From Chrysomallon squamiferum (lineage: Eukaryota; Animalia; Mollusca): a stretch of DNA of 64,000 bases. Below, piece after piece: positions 28,278 to 41,215 of this stretch. Under the pieces are notes generated by a model, which was not told the origin of the DNA, searched no databases, and saw nothing but the letters and a program-made list of their open reading frames with translations. The DNA is taken from positions 8,060,001-8,124,000 of the forward strand of contig CM022670.1 of assembly GCA_012295275.1 (NCBI GenBank), in the 5' to 3' direction. Both the position numbers and the translations under genes were made by a program. Numbering within the stretch: position 1 is the stretch's first letter; every line of letters starts with the position of its first letter.

Positions 28278-30125
28278 TAAAGATAAAAAGAAAGCAATAG
28301 GCCTTGACATAAAATAATAAGACATGACATACAAAGTGGACATCTAAATATAAATCTTACAAAAATAATAAATGGGAAGTGGTATTCCCTAAATCGAAAC
28401 ATGGATATGGAAGTTTTCCTTATTTCGTAACAGTCATTATCCTCTGTTCACTGTGGAGGGGGGGGGGTGCATGGAAGCATGTGTGCATGCATGAATAAAA
28501 TGTTTGGGTATGTGTGGGTGTATGTTTCTGTGTCTGTAGGTGTACACATACCACATCTGTGTAACTTGAGACGTTACAAAATGACAAAGGAGACAAGGTA
28601 TTTTATAAAAATAGAATTAACACAGTAATGAATTTAGGATAGGCACTTTCCAAACAAACCATCAGCATTATCATTATTTCAAAATAAATCTTACTATATC
28701 ATGTGCGATGCATTATGTGTATAATAGTAACAAGTCTCTTCTAAAAATAGACCTTACAAGAATGATAAATGAGAGAGGGTATTTACCAAAATGTAAACAG
28801 ACACACTGAAATCAAGAGAAATGGAATCCAGACATGACAGGAATAGATCTGGAACTATATTATTATTTCAAAATAAATCTTAATCATGGTATATATATAT
28901 ATATATATATCCTTTGTTTGGAGAATTTAAGGTATATTAATACATAACCAGTTTGCAAACACTACAAATGTATTTTCATTTAGATAGAAAGTGCTGCAGA
29001 CATTTTGCTATTGTGGAAATAAAATTAAATTTCCCCAAACTCCCCAAAAATTCAGTTTTGGTTGTATTTGTCAAAGCTAAAAAAATTTTCATTAGAATTC
29101 AGAAAACTTTACACAAAGATTCTGGTTCTTTTTATATCTAGTTTTTTTTTTTTTTTTTCTCAAATAAAGATATATTCTGGGAAATTTCAGGATAAATGTG
29201 GCAGACTTAACTCTGGTATCTAGGATTTGGAAAGTTTATAGTAAATATATATATTAATGTATTTTACTGTAGTAATATTCTGGCTTTTTTGAAAATCAAA
29301 TGGTCATTCTGACACATATGTAATAAATGTCAGAATAAAAAAAATTAAAAAATTATTATTATTATATATTTTTTTCCATCATCTATTTATTTATTTATTT
29401 TGCTATTTTGTTGGCATTGGCACAACATCATGGCTTATCCGAAATAAAATAATAAAATAATAAAATAATAAAAAAAAAAAAAAATTTAATAGAGCTATAA
29501 CTGCATTAGTTTTGATAAAATCATGTACAGAAAGGAAAAAACATCAAACTATACAATCAGTCTTTAGTCATCTTTGTATTTATTATTTGAATCCAGTACT
29601 TATGCAACTACTAACCAAGAAGTAGAATTTGGGTTCAAACTCTAGTATAGCTCCAATATATAGCTTGTTAAAAACCCCACATGATTCACTTTCTACCAAT
29701 TCTGGTTTCAAACCTTTATACTGCTTCAGTCTGTTACTGTTTTAAGGACCCCCATCATGACTTATTTACTGTACATTCTGGGATCAAAGCCTTGTGATGC
29801 ACCTTCAGTATATTTATTATGACTTATTCTCCGAATTTTAAACAATATATTTATAACTTATTCTCTGCAACTGATATTTTAACACACCATCTCTCCGTGT
29901 GACAGGTCATGTAAATGTTGTACACGATTAAATCATCCAGTGATTAATAGCACTGGTCTTGAGTAACGAGTCGTTTGGGAGTCAAAATTATTACGTGTTC
30001 TACTTTTCACCATAAAGCTCTGAACCAATCAAAACAAGCAAAATATGTATCATGCAACAACCATGTACTTTTAGTGTGTGGTTCATCTTAATAGAGCTTT
30101 TTCACTGTTATTGTTATTGTTATCA

Positions 30126-30173
<48 letters not shown>

Positions 30174-31058
30174 ACAATTTACGTTACAATGAATTAAAAA
30201 AGATATTTCAGCTGTCCTGATTTTGGAAGATTCTACACATTTTGTAATTAATATATTGCATAATGAGATTAAACCGGAAGCAGACCACTTGACATTAAGG
30301 ACTATGTAAATTAAATGTGCTGTCTAGCATGTCAGTACTTTCACAAAATTCAGTTTTGTCTGTATTTGTCAAAGCTAATTCAGTGATGTGGACATGAATA
30401 TAATACAGTTTCTCCACTGCAAGTTAAGGATCACTTATCCATCACTTAAGATCCTCTTTGAAATCACTTTCCCACTGTCCATTAATTATCCAGGTAAGTA
30501 ACTCAAAGCCTCTACTCCCGCTCAGAAATGAAAAAGTTAATTCAAGATTCTGATCTTTGATAATTTAAACTATTTCTCAGTTTTCAAAAAGGAAACTACT
30601 GAATGAAATAATGATCACAAAATAATTTAAGTTTATGGGGACAGAGAAAGATAAATGTAGTAAACAAAAATCACAAAATATCTTAAGGAGACAGATTTAG
30701 AAAAAAACAGTTAAAATTGCAGAATAACCAAATGGTAAGACTTTGAAAACAAGGAGGAGACTGAATAACTTAACAATACCTCACCACAATTTAATTAGAT
30801 GTTAATTAATAATTTCATACATAATGAAAAGAAACCCACTGTCATTACTTTAAGTTGCTATTATCAGTGGATATCAAATGATCTTTCAGACACTATCTTT
30901 CATAAAAAAAAAAAATAGTAATAAAATTGCAGATACTAACTAGAAAACAAATCTTAAATCTCTGAAATCAGACAAGGTGAAGACATTATGAATGAAATCT
31001 GAGAGATCTGATAATAAACTAATTTTGAAATTCAGAGAAGAAACCTGCTGCCACATAC

Positions 31059-31181
31059 TTTTTGGGCCTATCAAAGAGTCCGAACACCTGCTTGTCTTCT
31101 GTGAGTTCAGGTCTCTTGGCTTGACTCGCACGCTGCCGCTGTGCTGCTTCCTTCAGTCTGGCCTTCAGATTTAAGGTGTCA
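31059..31181 (-). CDS. AFF4: AFF exon, N-terminal P-TEFb-binding region (DTLNLKARLKEAAQRQRASQAKRPELTEDKQVFGLFDRPK)
   Basis: Acceptor ttttttag|t, open GC-richer frame, donor aa|gtatgt. Resembles AFF4 NVLRMKERERR..PLFAEPYK. The 3' boundary is uncertain because of a phase conflict (see findings). Confidence 0.85.
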
Positions 31182-33667
31182 CTAAAAAATTGAAAACAAA
31201 AAAAAAGAAGAAATCAGAAATAGAATTTTCAAATTAACTGTTTCTGCTTTCAATATAAAGCACGAGAAAACTGAAGAAAAAAACAACATGTAAAACTTTT
31301 GAAAAAAAAAAATATAAAAAACAAGTTCAAATGAAGAGATAACAACAAAAACATGAAATAATTTGTTTTTAACAACTTTGCCTAGTTCACTTAAGCATGG
31401 TGTTATTACTGATCCATTAACGTACAAATTCATACTTTTTAGACATTTAAATATGATCAGTTTTTTGTGATTTTTTTAGTAAACATTAACAATATCAATC
31501 TCAATAAATAGATTATTATTTCAATGATTTTTGCCAGAATAATGATCATAAATGTGTATTAAATTTTAACTACTGCTATATGTGCACATACATGAATGTA
31601 TGCATATATTAACTTACGTATAAGTGCACACTTCTAATCTTATTTCAGGTTGTATCTAGCTACCATATCCAGTAACTATTTTTGTTTTATGATACCCAAC
31701 CTCAAAACAATACTAGTAACTTTTTGTTTCTGAAATATGGCTTTAATTAATATAACAAACTAAATACGAGTGCCCGTTCTAGGACTGGCTCCAGGGTCAA
31801 ACTGGGATACAAAAAAAAACAAGCTCACACTGTACACAAAGGATGGATTGATTTCACGGCTTCCGGCACATAATCTTGTCACTGTGGTAGTGTTTGCCTC
31901 GTCTACCATCAGATAACAAGTAAAATAAACACGCTCTACTAGATACCAACAACACACATCAAGAACAAATGCAACCAGGTACAAAACACTGCTACCTGAA
32001 GAAAGTCATACTACAACACTACTGTAAAAAATTTTTTTAAAAAGTATTTAAAGTACTTTTGAACATTTGAATTATATCTGTATTATAATAATTAACACTT
32101 AATAGCTATCAGTTCATCTGTACAGCTGATGGTGTAAATAATTAGCACATAATGCGTGAACTTTTAAATTGTAAATCTGTCAAGAAATAAATATACATTA
32201 AATTATATCTGTATTTTGTAAATAATTATTGCAAGTGAATGTCTTGTAAAGTGATGGTTTGTGAAATTAGGACTCTTAAGTTACCTACAAGGTCTGTCTT
32301 AACAAAACAAAAAGATATTATTTGCTTGGGCTTACAACTCAACTGGAGATAACAGGATGTGGGTCAGTGATGTTACAAGTTAACAGCCCAAGTATACAAA
32401 ACACAAAAGTACCTCTCAGCTTGACGGTTAGAATAAAAACAGATTAAAACACACTGCACTAAGTTACATTTAGCTTAAAGGTAGACCCTGCTCATAACTT
32501 TATATACACAAGTATAAACAAGTTAAATTGACATGTAACAACTGTTTTTAAAATCACACAACTGCAGTACATCTGTTTTTAACTTAATATAATAGCTGGT
32601 ATGTACTTGTATGTACGTGTGCATGTGCGTGCATGCATGTGTGTGTGTGTGTATAAGCATAGCAGTTTGTAACATAACTAAAATCTGATAAACAGAAAAC
32701 ACATCAACAAAGACATAATTAACTTTCAGTTTTCCCTTTTTTAAAACATAACTGTAATAGTTTGGATGTATAGAGTTCATAAAGTGTAAGTAAAAAAATT
32801 AAACCAGCCTGCTCTAGCTGTTGTTTTCGTTGTCAATAGAGAGATTGCAATCTCACATTAAAATGGAAACATAGCAATCCATGTTTTTCTAAACAGTAGT
32901 TATCTATTTATCTATAAATGCAATCCATAAAAAAAAGCTATAGACAGATGTAATTTACATATATATAAACATGTGAATAAACATTATCTGTATCCATACA
33001 AAAACAAATCCAAGACTGTTATACATGCATATGCATGCATATACATACAGAAATGATACATTTAAGAATCTTTGTATGCACACATAATATTAAATGCAAT
33101 ATTCATGGCAAATAGACTGACTTTCAAATATTAGCCTATGTTCTCAAATTATTAAAAACAAACATCCTTTATAAATGAATAATTTCCATATGCAATGTTA
33201 GTTAACAAATGACCCTGTTAATAACACACTAAGTAAGGAAGTGATAGGTAATCATGTGTTCATGTTGAAGAAATTCTCTCCATTGTAACATAACACTAGA
33301 TTATCAGTATAGCTGAAAGGTGAAAAGCAACATGGCCAGTATCTTGGGCTACGTTTCATCACTATTATTTCACCTCGTATAATGTAATCTGTTATATCTC
33401 ATTTATCAATGTATTCTGGACATTTGGTATCAGAAGCTTTTAATATCATTTGTAATGAATTATGAAATGTTCTAGGTTAATCTGCTTTCTGAGTGAATGA
33501 ACCATTAACATGCCTTGCAGAGAAAAACATGCTGCATGCCGCAGACATCAAGTAATATTGGTGAATTCATGTAACAAACACATGTGCCAGGATCCAGCCA
33601 GTAGACAGCAGCGGGTCTTATGCAAACAAGCTGCATTCCAAACTTTAACACTCGATGGCTTCTTAAT

Positions 33668-33702
<35 letters not shown>

Positions 33703-35175
33703 ATTTTTTAATGTTTTTATTCTCGTTTCCTTTTTTCTGTTCTTTCTGATTCTTTATTATTAATTTTTGTTTAATCTATTTTATTTAAGTATTATTTTAT
33801 CTTTGTTTCTTTTTTTTTGTAAATCTTTTGAAATATTTTCTTTTCTTTTTTGTTAACAAATAATGTAATAAAACAGAAAATAAAATAATTAAGCTAGTCT
33901 GTGTAATAGTAACTAATTTAATAATATTTATAATCATAACAATTATTATTATAGTAGTAGTAATAATAATAATAATAATAATACAGTAATCAGCTGAACT
34001 GTAGAAAAACAAACACTCAATAAAACAAGTGCTCCAAATATATTTATAAGTGTTCTTTTCTGAAAATGATATTTATTATCTTATATATTGAATTGTCATT
34101 ATTAATTTTTTTATAAATTCTTCTTCTGATATATATCTATCTATATTTCTTTTCTTTTCTTAATCCATTTATTTTCAGTACTTTGTCTCTTTGTCTCACA
34201 CAAACAGGCAGTGTCATTAAGCCAGCAATCCCATGCCAAGCTCAAGTGGGATGATACAGGATCAATACCAGCAAGTGGACACTTTGCCAGACACAACAAA
34301 TCTGTTCACAAGCTTTATTATTTATCCTAATGACATCTAACAATCATCTACCGGAGACTGACATTCACATCACATTATCCTTAACACAACTGCCACTGTT
34401 TTAGCAATATCTATTTCAGAAATAATATTCACAACAGTATTCTTTTCAGTAATCTATTTGGCAGTAATAAAATTGTTGCTCCTCAATTATTAATCGTCAC
34501 ATCGGCTGCTGGTTAAAATTACAGCTGACTTAGGTGATAAAGTCATGCTGAAGACAAAAAAAATTACTGATAAGTATGCAAAAGCTTGAAGCGATTTAAT
34601 ATTTTGGTCAATAATAATAATGAAATAAAATGTCTTAAGTTAAATGTAACTGAATACATATTCTTGTATTTTGTTGTTATTTTTAATAATACTCGCATAC
34701 ACACTCACACTTACTCAAACACACACATGCACAAACACATTAACAGAGCAAGAACACATCTCTAAGTTAATTACACTGAAAGAATTACATGCTGCAGTGA
34801 GTGTGTGTGTGTTAATGTCTGAAGTAACAACATGTGTACAGCTGATATCACCACCATCAGTTGTTATTCCTACTCACAGTGCCAGTTAGCCAACACACAA
34901 CAGTGCAATGCCAACTGACCTAAATGTGAGAGTGACATGCAAACTTGCCATTTCCTCACACAAAACCGTGTCTGCACTGAAAATAAAGCAATCTACTTTT
35001 GCCAGGACAAGTAAAATCAATGTCATTAGCCGTCTCTGTCTGCTTTTGTCATAAAAATAGGAATGGCATATGAAGCAGACCATGAGCCAATTCAAAAGAA
35101 ATTTTTTGATTTACTTACTGATTTTATTGATTTATTGATGAAATTTCCCAAATAGGGTAATTAAAAATCATTTTT

Positions 35176-35314
35176 AAACCTGACCAACAAATTATGACAA
35201 ATGACTTTGTTCAACATGTGAATGAGAACTTATTACATTACAAACCTGACCAACAAATTATGACAAATGACTTTGTTCAACATGTGAATGAGAACTTATT
35301 ACATTACAAACCTG
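35176..35314. repeat. Perfect 66-bp tandem duplication (2.1 copies)
   Basis: aaacctgaccaacaaattatgac...ttattacattac at 35176 and again at 35242, followed by aaacctg. Confidence 0.95.
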
Positions 35315-35369
35315 TTTTACTAATTGTAATATGACTCTTTTGTTAACAGTTTATGTAACTAATATGCTG

Positions 35370-35910
35370 ATACTATTTCATACAGCATGTTAAACATATG
35401 CTGATGGCAACTGTAAACAGGTATCACTTACAAACACATGCTGATGATATCTTTATATCATACTGCATACATTTAAATGTGTTCATTATTATATCTCCTA
35501 GATTTCACATTGTAAGTATGTGATACATTTCATCAGATAGCACAAGTTAAAAATATATGTTGATAATTTTCAGTCAGATTTTATTATCAAGTACATGTTG
35601 GTAATTTTCAACAGATTAGTCATTAAGTAGTATGTAAAAAGATACTTTTTAGATTTTACAGTTATCAAGTATGTATGTGTTCATAACAATTTCACAGGTA
35701 AGTATAATCATGTGTGTTGATAATTATCAATCAGATTATACAGCTATCAAGTACCTCTGATATAAATCTTAAATTAATTATTTCACAGCTGTGTGTATGT
35801 GCTGATAATTATCAATCAGACTATATATGTATCAAGTTGATAAAACTGTTCAGTCAGATTAAATATTTCACAGGTAAGTGTAACTATCAGATAATACAAT
35901 TATCAAGTGC
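35370..35910. repeat. Degenerate ~40-bp minisatellite (tgctgataattatcaatcagatt..atcaagta)
   Basis: Repeated tgntgata, tcagatt and tatcaagt motifs. Confidence 0.7.
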
Positions 35911-36007
35911 ATTCTTTACAGGCTGTAATAGAAATATGCTAATACTAGCTCTGAGATTTTACAGTAGCATGCAGTTAGATGAAAAGATTATACATAGGGT
36001 TTTTGTG

Positions 36008-36045
<38 letters not shown>

Positions 36046-36155
36046 CAAAGTCTATGTTGAATACCTTCGCATAAATGCACAGAAAATCTTGACAAAAATA
36101 TACAGGAAAAAATGTATGCAAGTATACAAGTAAATAAATAATATATATTTGTGTA

Positions 36156-36158
<3 letters not shown>

Positions 36159-36213
<55 letters not shown>
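36159..36213. repeat. (GT)n microsatellite
   Basis: Direct read. Confidence 0.95.
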
Positions 36214-36217
<4 letters not shown>

Positions 36218-36735
36218 GTTGCTTTTTATTGTTATTTTTTATAAAGATCAAAATTCTGTTACAATTTTTATTTGAAAAGATTGTACAATACTATCTTTCA
36301 ATCCATGTTATTTTTATGACAAAATGAGTGACATGAATGTCAAAATGTCATAAAGAAGACATATTAAACATCCTTCTATGTACATTAATACTTTCAAAGT
36401 TGATACTTAAATTTGAAACACAACTTTATTCTTATTTATCTTTTCTTTTTCCTTTAGTTGTCAAATACATCTGTATATATCATATTACATATTTATGACC
36501 AAAGCCATCTGCTCTGAAAAGTAAGACAATTTCCAGATCAGTATATAATTTAATATTTTATACACTGATAGAAGCCAAATACTAAGGTTACACATTAATG
36601 ATAGCTAGAATACAAAATAAAAAACGATAAAGAGATAAAAAATACACTTCTTGTTTTCATCATAATATATTTCATATTTTAAATTTAACTTTACAGTAAA
36701 ACTAAAATCATATCAATAAATAATATAATAAATAG

Positions 36736-36781
<46 letters not shown>

Positions 36782-38793
36782 TAAAATAAAATAAAATAAA
36801 ATAAAATAAAATCTATTTTGAAACATTAACTAATTAAAATTACTGATTCTGTATGGATCAAAACTACATAAGTCATCCAAGAGATTTTGAATACTATCCT
36901 ACACCTATTAAAAGCTGTTAAACTGCAAATTCCGTTTCAGAAATTCATGTCAAATCTTGCCTAAATGTTTTCATTAATATTCCTGTATATGCAAACAGAT
37001 ATTAAACTTGCTGTTTATGGACAGAAGATTTACCTGGATGTTAATTACCACCTGTGTCCTGTTTCTGATTAGGTAACATTACAATAACAAAACTCTTTGT
37101 TCTGTACGCTGTTATGTAACAAGTCAGCACTATTCTAAGTATTTGGTCACTTGCTTTGTTAGCAATTTTGCGGCAACAGATAAAAATTATAAATGAAACC
37201 AAAATGTAGCAGTAATAATAATAAATCGAGTATACTTCTGATGGAAGGAAATGTGAATTTCCTCATATTTAGTTTCTCTTTATTACTGGTTACAAATATT
37301 TCCTAATAATAAAATATGTGAATAAAATTAGTAAAAACTGGTAGGAAAACAAACACCTGTATAAAATTATGCTAGTAAATAAAGTGTTTTTAGGTTAAAA
37401 CTCACAAAGATTTTCTGGTAATAAAAATTCTATAATTCTATTTCACTGATTGGTGTTAATATTTAGGAGTGTTGATATTCCATTTATGAAAACTGCCAAC
37501 TACTATTATAAAATATTTTCTCTTTACTGAATTAAAATTAATTTAAAAAACACAACACATTTAACATATTTTACACCATTATGCCGTTTATTCTGTTTTA
37601 ATAGGTCTAATATTTATTAACTGGAATAACATTTTGTAAATAAATAATTTTTTATTATTATTATTATTTTAAATCATCATCTATTCAAACTAATTTGTTC
37701 TTCTATAAAATACACCTTTTCAACAAATACCAGAACCAGATGTAATATGATTTTATTTTTTATCCTTTCTAGCAGTTAGGAAAAAGTGCTAAGAACAACT
37801 TTGATAAAATACTGCATTTCAGTAATAGGTCTGATAGGTGAAAACCATGTGAACATCTGGTAGAAAGGATATAATTTAGCAGATAAGTATTTTAAGATAT
37901 GCTGATTCCAAATTTGAAAAGAAAGTAAGTGATACTAGATCAAAATTCAATTTATTTGGAGGACATGCAAATACTGTCAGTAACAAAACTTTTTAAAAAT
38001 ATATTTTTAACATACAATTACAGTCACACACTTTTTTTCAATATAATAATTATAATAATAATATTTTATTTATTGTTTTTTATTATTATTATTTTTTTTA
38101 ATTAGATGATTTTTAATGAATTGTAATAATGTTATGTTACATTACACGTAATTAAGTCAGTTTCAAATGGTTTTCATATCCTTTTAACTTGAAATTTACA
38201 ATGTCTGTTATTCAGAAGAAAAAAACTCATACAGCATTTCTAAATGTATATTTTATACTTATATTTTGGCTGTATCAATGTGTAGAATTTTTCAGCAAAA
38301 TTTATATCTATTTTAAAATGTACTGAACAATGCACTGATTATGAAACATTTTTATGAGATCAGCAGTGCCCAATTATCCACATACAAATGAAAAATTTAG
38401 AATATGTATCCCATTAATTAATTTGAACAAAAAAAATGCATGGTCACTCACAACAGTGGAATAAATTACAAGAGATTATCAAAATTTTAGTGCACAAATG
38501 CTATTTATATATAAATAATGAAAACAATTATATATATTTACTCATAATAAATTAACTTTCTGTTGAATCTATGTCAGTTTGTTATTTACTTTTATTTAGA
38601 AAATATTTTAGGAAACATTTTGATAAAATTAATAATCCAGTTGTTTATGTTTGATAGACAAAGGCAACATCTGGTAAAAACAAACATTTATCTACAAATG
38701 TCACTTTTATTAGCAGTTCTGGTGAGATCAAAGAACAAGGTGTTCAGATATCACCGCAATCAACTGAATGGTTTGAAGTTAAATCAGAAAGAC

Positions 38794-38852
38794 TGAAATT
38801 TAGTGTAAAAATTGAAATTTTGATGAAATTTTAGTGTAAAATTTGAAATTCT
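38794..38852. repeat. ~30-bp imperfect tandem duplication
   Basis: tgaaatt(t)tagtgtaaaa(a/t)ttgaaatt x2. Confidence 0.8.
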
Positions 38853-40559
38853 GGTTGTTGTTTTAGCATTATAACAGTATGGAGTGAATTCTTCATATTT
38901 TTATTTGTTTCTGTTGGGTTTTTTTTGTTTTATTTTATATGCTGTAGGTAGAAAACACTGTGCATTTGTGTCAGAAACTTTCTGGTCTGATATATAACTA
39001 AAGAGCTTATGCTAAAATTATATTTAGTTTTAGAATTGCTGCAACTGGAATATTTTTATCTGATAAATAATGTTGAAGAAGTAGCACTGCCATAATCATT
39101 TGCTTCTTGTCAAGTCTGAATTCAGCATATTTTATAACAGTGATATATAATATTACATTCATTCTGCCATTGGCTTACATGTGTGTGATTTGTGTGTGTA
39201 TGTGTGTACAAATTTATAACAAAAAGACGACACATCCTTCTGAAATGCATTATATACAAACAACCCATTTAACTGAAAATGTCAAAAAAGGGAACTACAT
39301 TTATTCTCAAGTAATTTATTAATAAATTCAAATGATTTGTCACAGAAACAGGACAAAACTGAAACGCCTAAGCTCTCATTGTTTCAGTAACAACCTTCAG
39401 TAATGCACTGGTTTTATTAAATTTAGAACGGCATCTCCATCATTAACGTGCCAGTAACAAAATTTAAATGGAACAGAAATGTGTGTAATGATACTGAAAT
39501 GATTTGAGGTTGAAAAAAAAAGAAAAAAAAAAGATTCTGTTGTAATAGTGTAATAGTGAACTAACACCATGCACAGCTTAACAACAAGCAAGTTTTAAGT
39601 ATGTTACAGAATAATAGCAGGACTTTAAACAAGGTAACTGAATGAAAGTGCATGTGTATGTGTGCATGTATTTATGTGTATATTTGAATGTATGTATGCT
39701 TGGGTATATATGAGTATATCTGAAAATTTATATACGTGTACATGTTTATATATATATTAGTATACATGTGTGCTTGTGTATATGAGTGAATGTGTGTGTG
39801 TGCTCAGTTTAAGTAAAAAAAAAAAAAGGTTTTATCCTTAAAATATGCATTTACATAATCTTAATACAAAACATCCATGTATGCATATGTATGTGTTGTA
39901 TACAGACACACACACAGACATATATACGTAATTATCTATGTAGGTATGTGTGCATACAATTTCTTGTTTTTGTAATATGAACAAATGTAACAGCACTATC
40001 CAGAGATATATGGTTCCAGAAGCCCCAGCAGATGCACAGAAACCACAGATGCTCTGGACAGTTATATAAAATGATGTAATTTTACCTTATACATTTTCAA
40101 ATCTTGAAATACAACCTGCAGGTATAACAGCTAAAACCTACATAAATCATAATGACTACAGTATTTTAGTATACTATATTCCAACACAGCTTTGGCATAA
40201 GAATACATTACTCTGTATAGTAAAAAATTATTTTCAAACTGCAGATAAGGTGGCCATATGCTAGGTTGATTTTCAATAAGTTAACAAATGTCAGATGTCT
40301 GGTGGTATAAAAATATATATTCATCAAGCATGGAGTTGAAGTATCTGCCAATTTATGCTAACCTAAAAATTGTTGGTTTTGTTTATTTTTTTTTTTATGG
40401 GTTTAATTTTTTTTTTTTTTTTTTTTCCAACCATTTTTAGACACTAACAATGCACATTAAATATGATTAAATCTGAGAGTTGCTCAGTTTTGTAAAGAAA
40501 TTAATTCATTAAATATATCATCATATCATTTAGAAAGGGATATGTTTCAGACCAAGTAA

Positions 40560-40765
40560 TGTGATAACATGTTCTTATGTAAAGCAGTGTATCCTTGGCC
40601 CATTACTTCATAATGTACCCCCAGGGTTATTTACCAGCCCAGTCAGTGTCCCATGCTTGATGTATCAAATTTCTTTTATCTGTGGAAAAAGTTATAAAAG
40701 AACCCTAGGTAGTAATCGATAAGAGTAAACAAAATGGTGCAACTGGTTTCTTCTTTCATTTAATC
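40560..40765 (+). mobile_element. Decayed SINE copy, opposite orientation
   Basis: tctgtggaaaaagttataaaagaaccctaggtagtaatcgataagagta is approximately the reverse complement of the 17340-17376 core. Confidence 0.5.
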
Positions 40766-41165
40766 ACATGAGTGCTAAACAGATTGATAGACAGATAGAC
40801 AGCCAGTTAGATAGATAGAAAAAAGATGGATAGATAACCTGCAGTAGTATGTAAATTTAGACAGAAATAAACTTACTAATGAAAAATGTATTTTAAGTAA
40901 CAGAAGATTATTCATTATGATAAATAATACTTTAATTATTATACAAATTTACATATTCTTTTTAAGTAATAACAAAAGTGCATATCAAATAATGATTTTT
41001 AAAATTAGACTGACGGAATATAGGCCTATAAGCTAGTATTTTAAATAAGTATGCCAATAAAATGTGTTTAAAAAAAGTGAAGTTTAAATAACAGGATCCA
41101 TTTGGGATCTTGAGTAACTGATTTAGTTTTAACTTCTATTCATAAACAGAACTTGGTGTATATAT

Positions 41166-41167
<2 letters not shown>

Positions 41168-41214
<47 letters not shown>
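41168..41214. repeat. (GT)n microsatellite
   Basis: Direct read. Confidence 0.95.

Positions 41215-41215
<1 letters not shown>

Noticed and set aside
30940-31174. Track ORFs 30940..31131(-) and 30992..31174(+)
   Set aside because: Alternative frame and antisense of the real AFF exon; the AFF-like frame is a different one.
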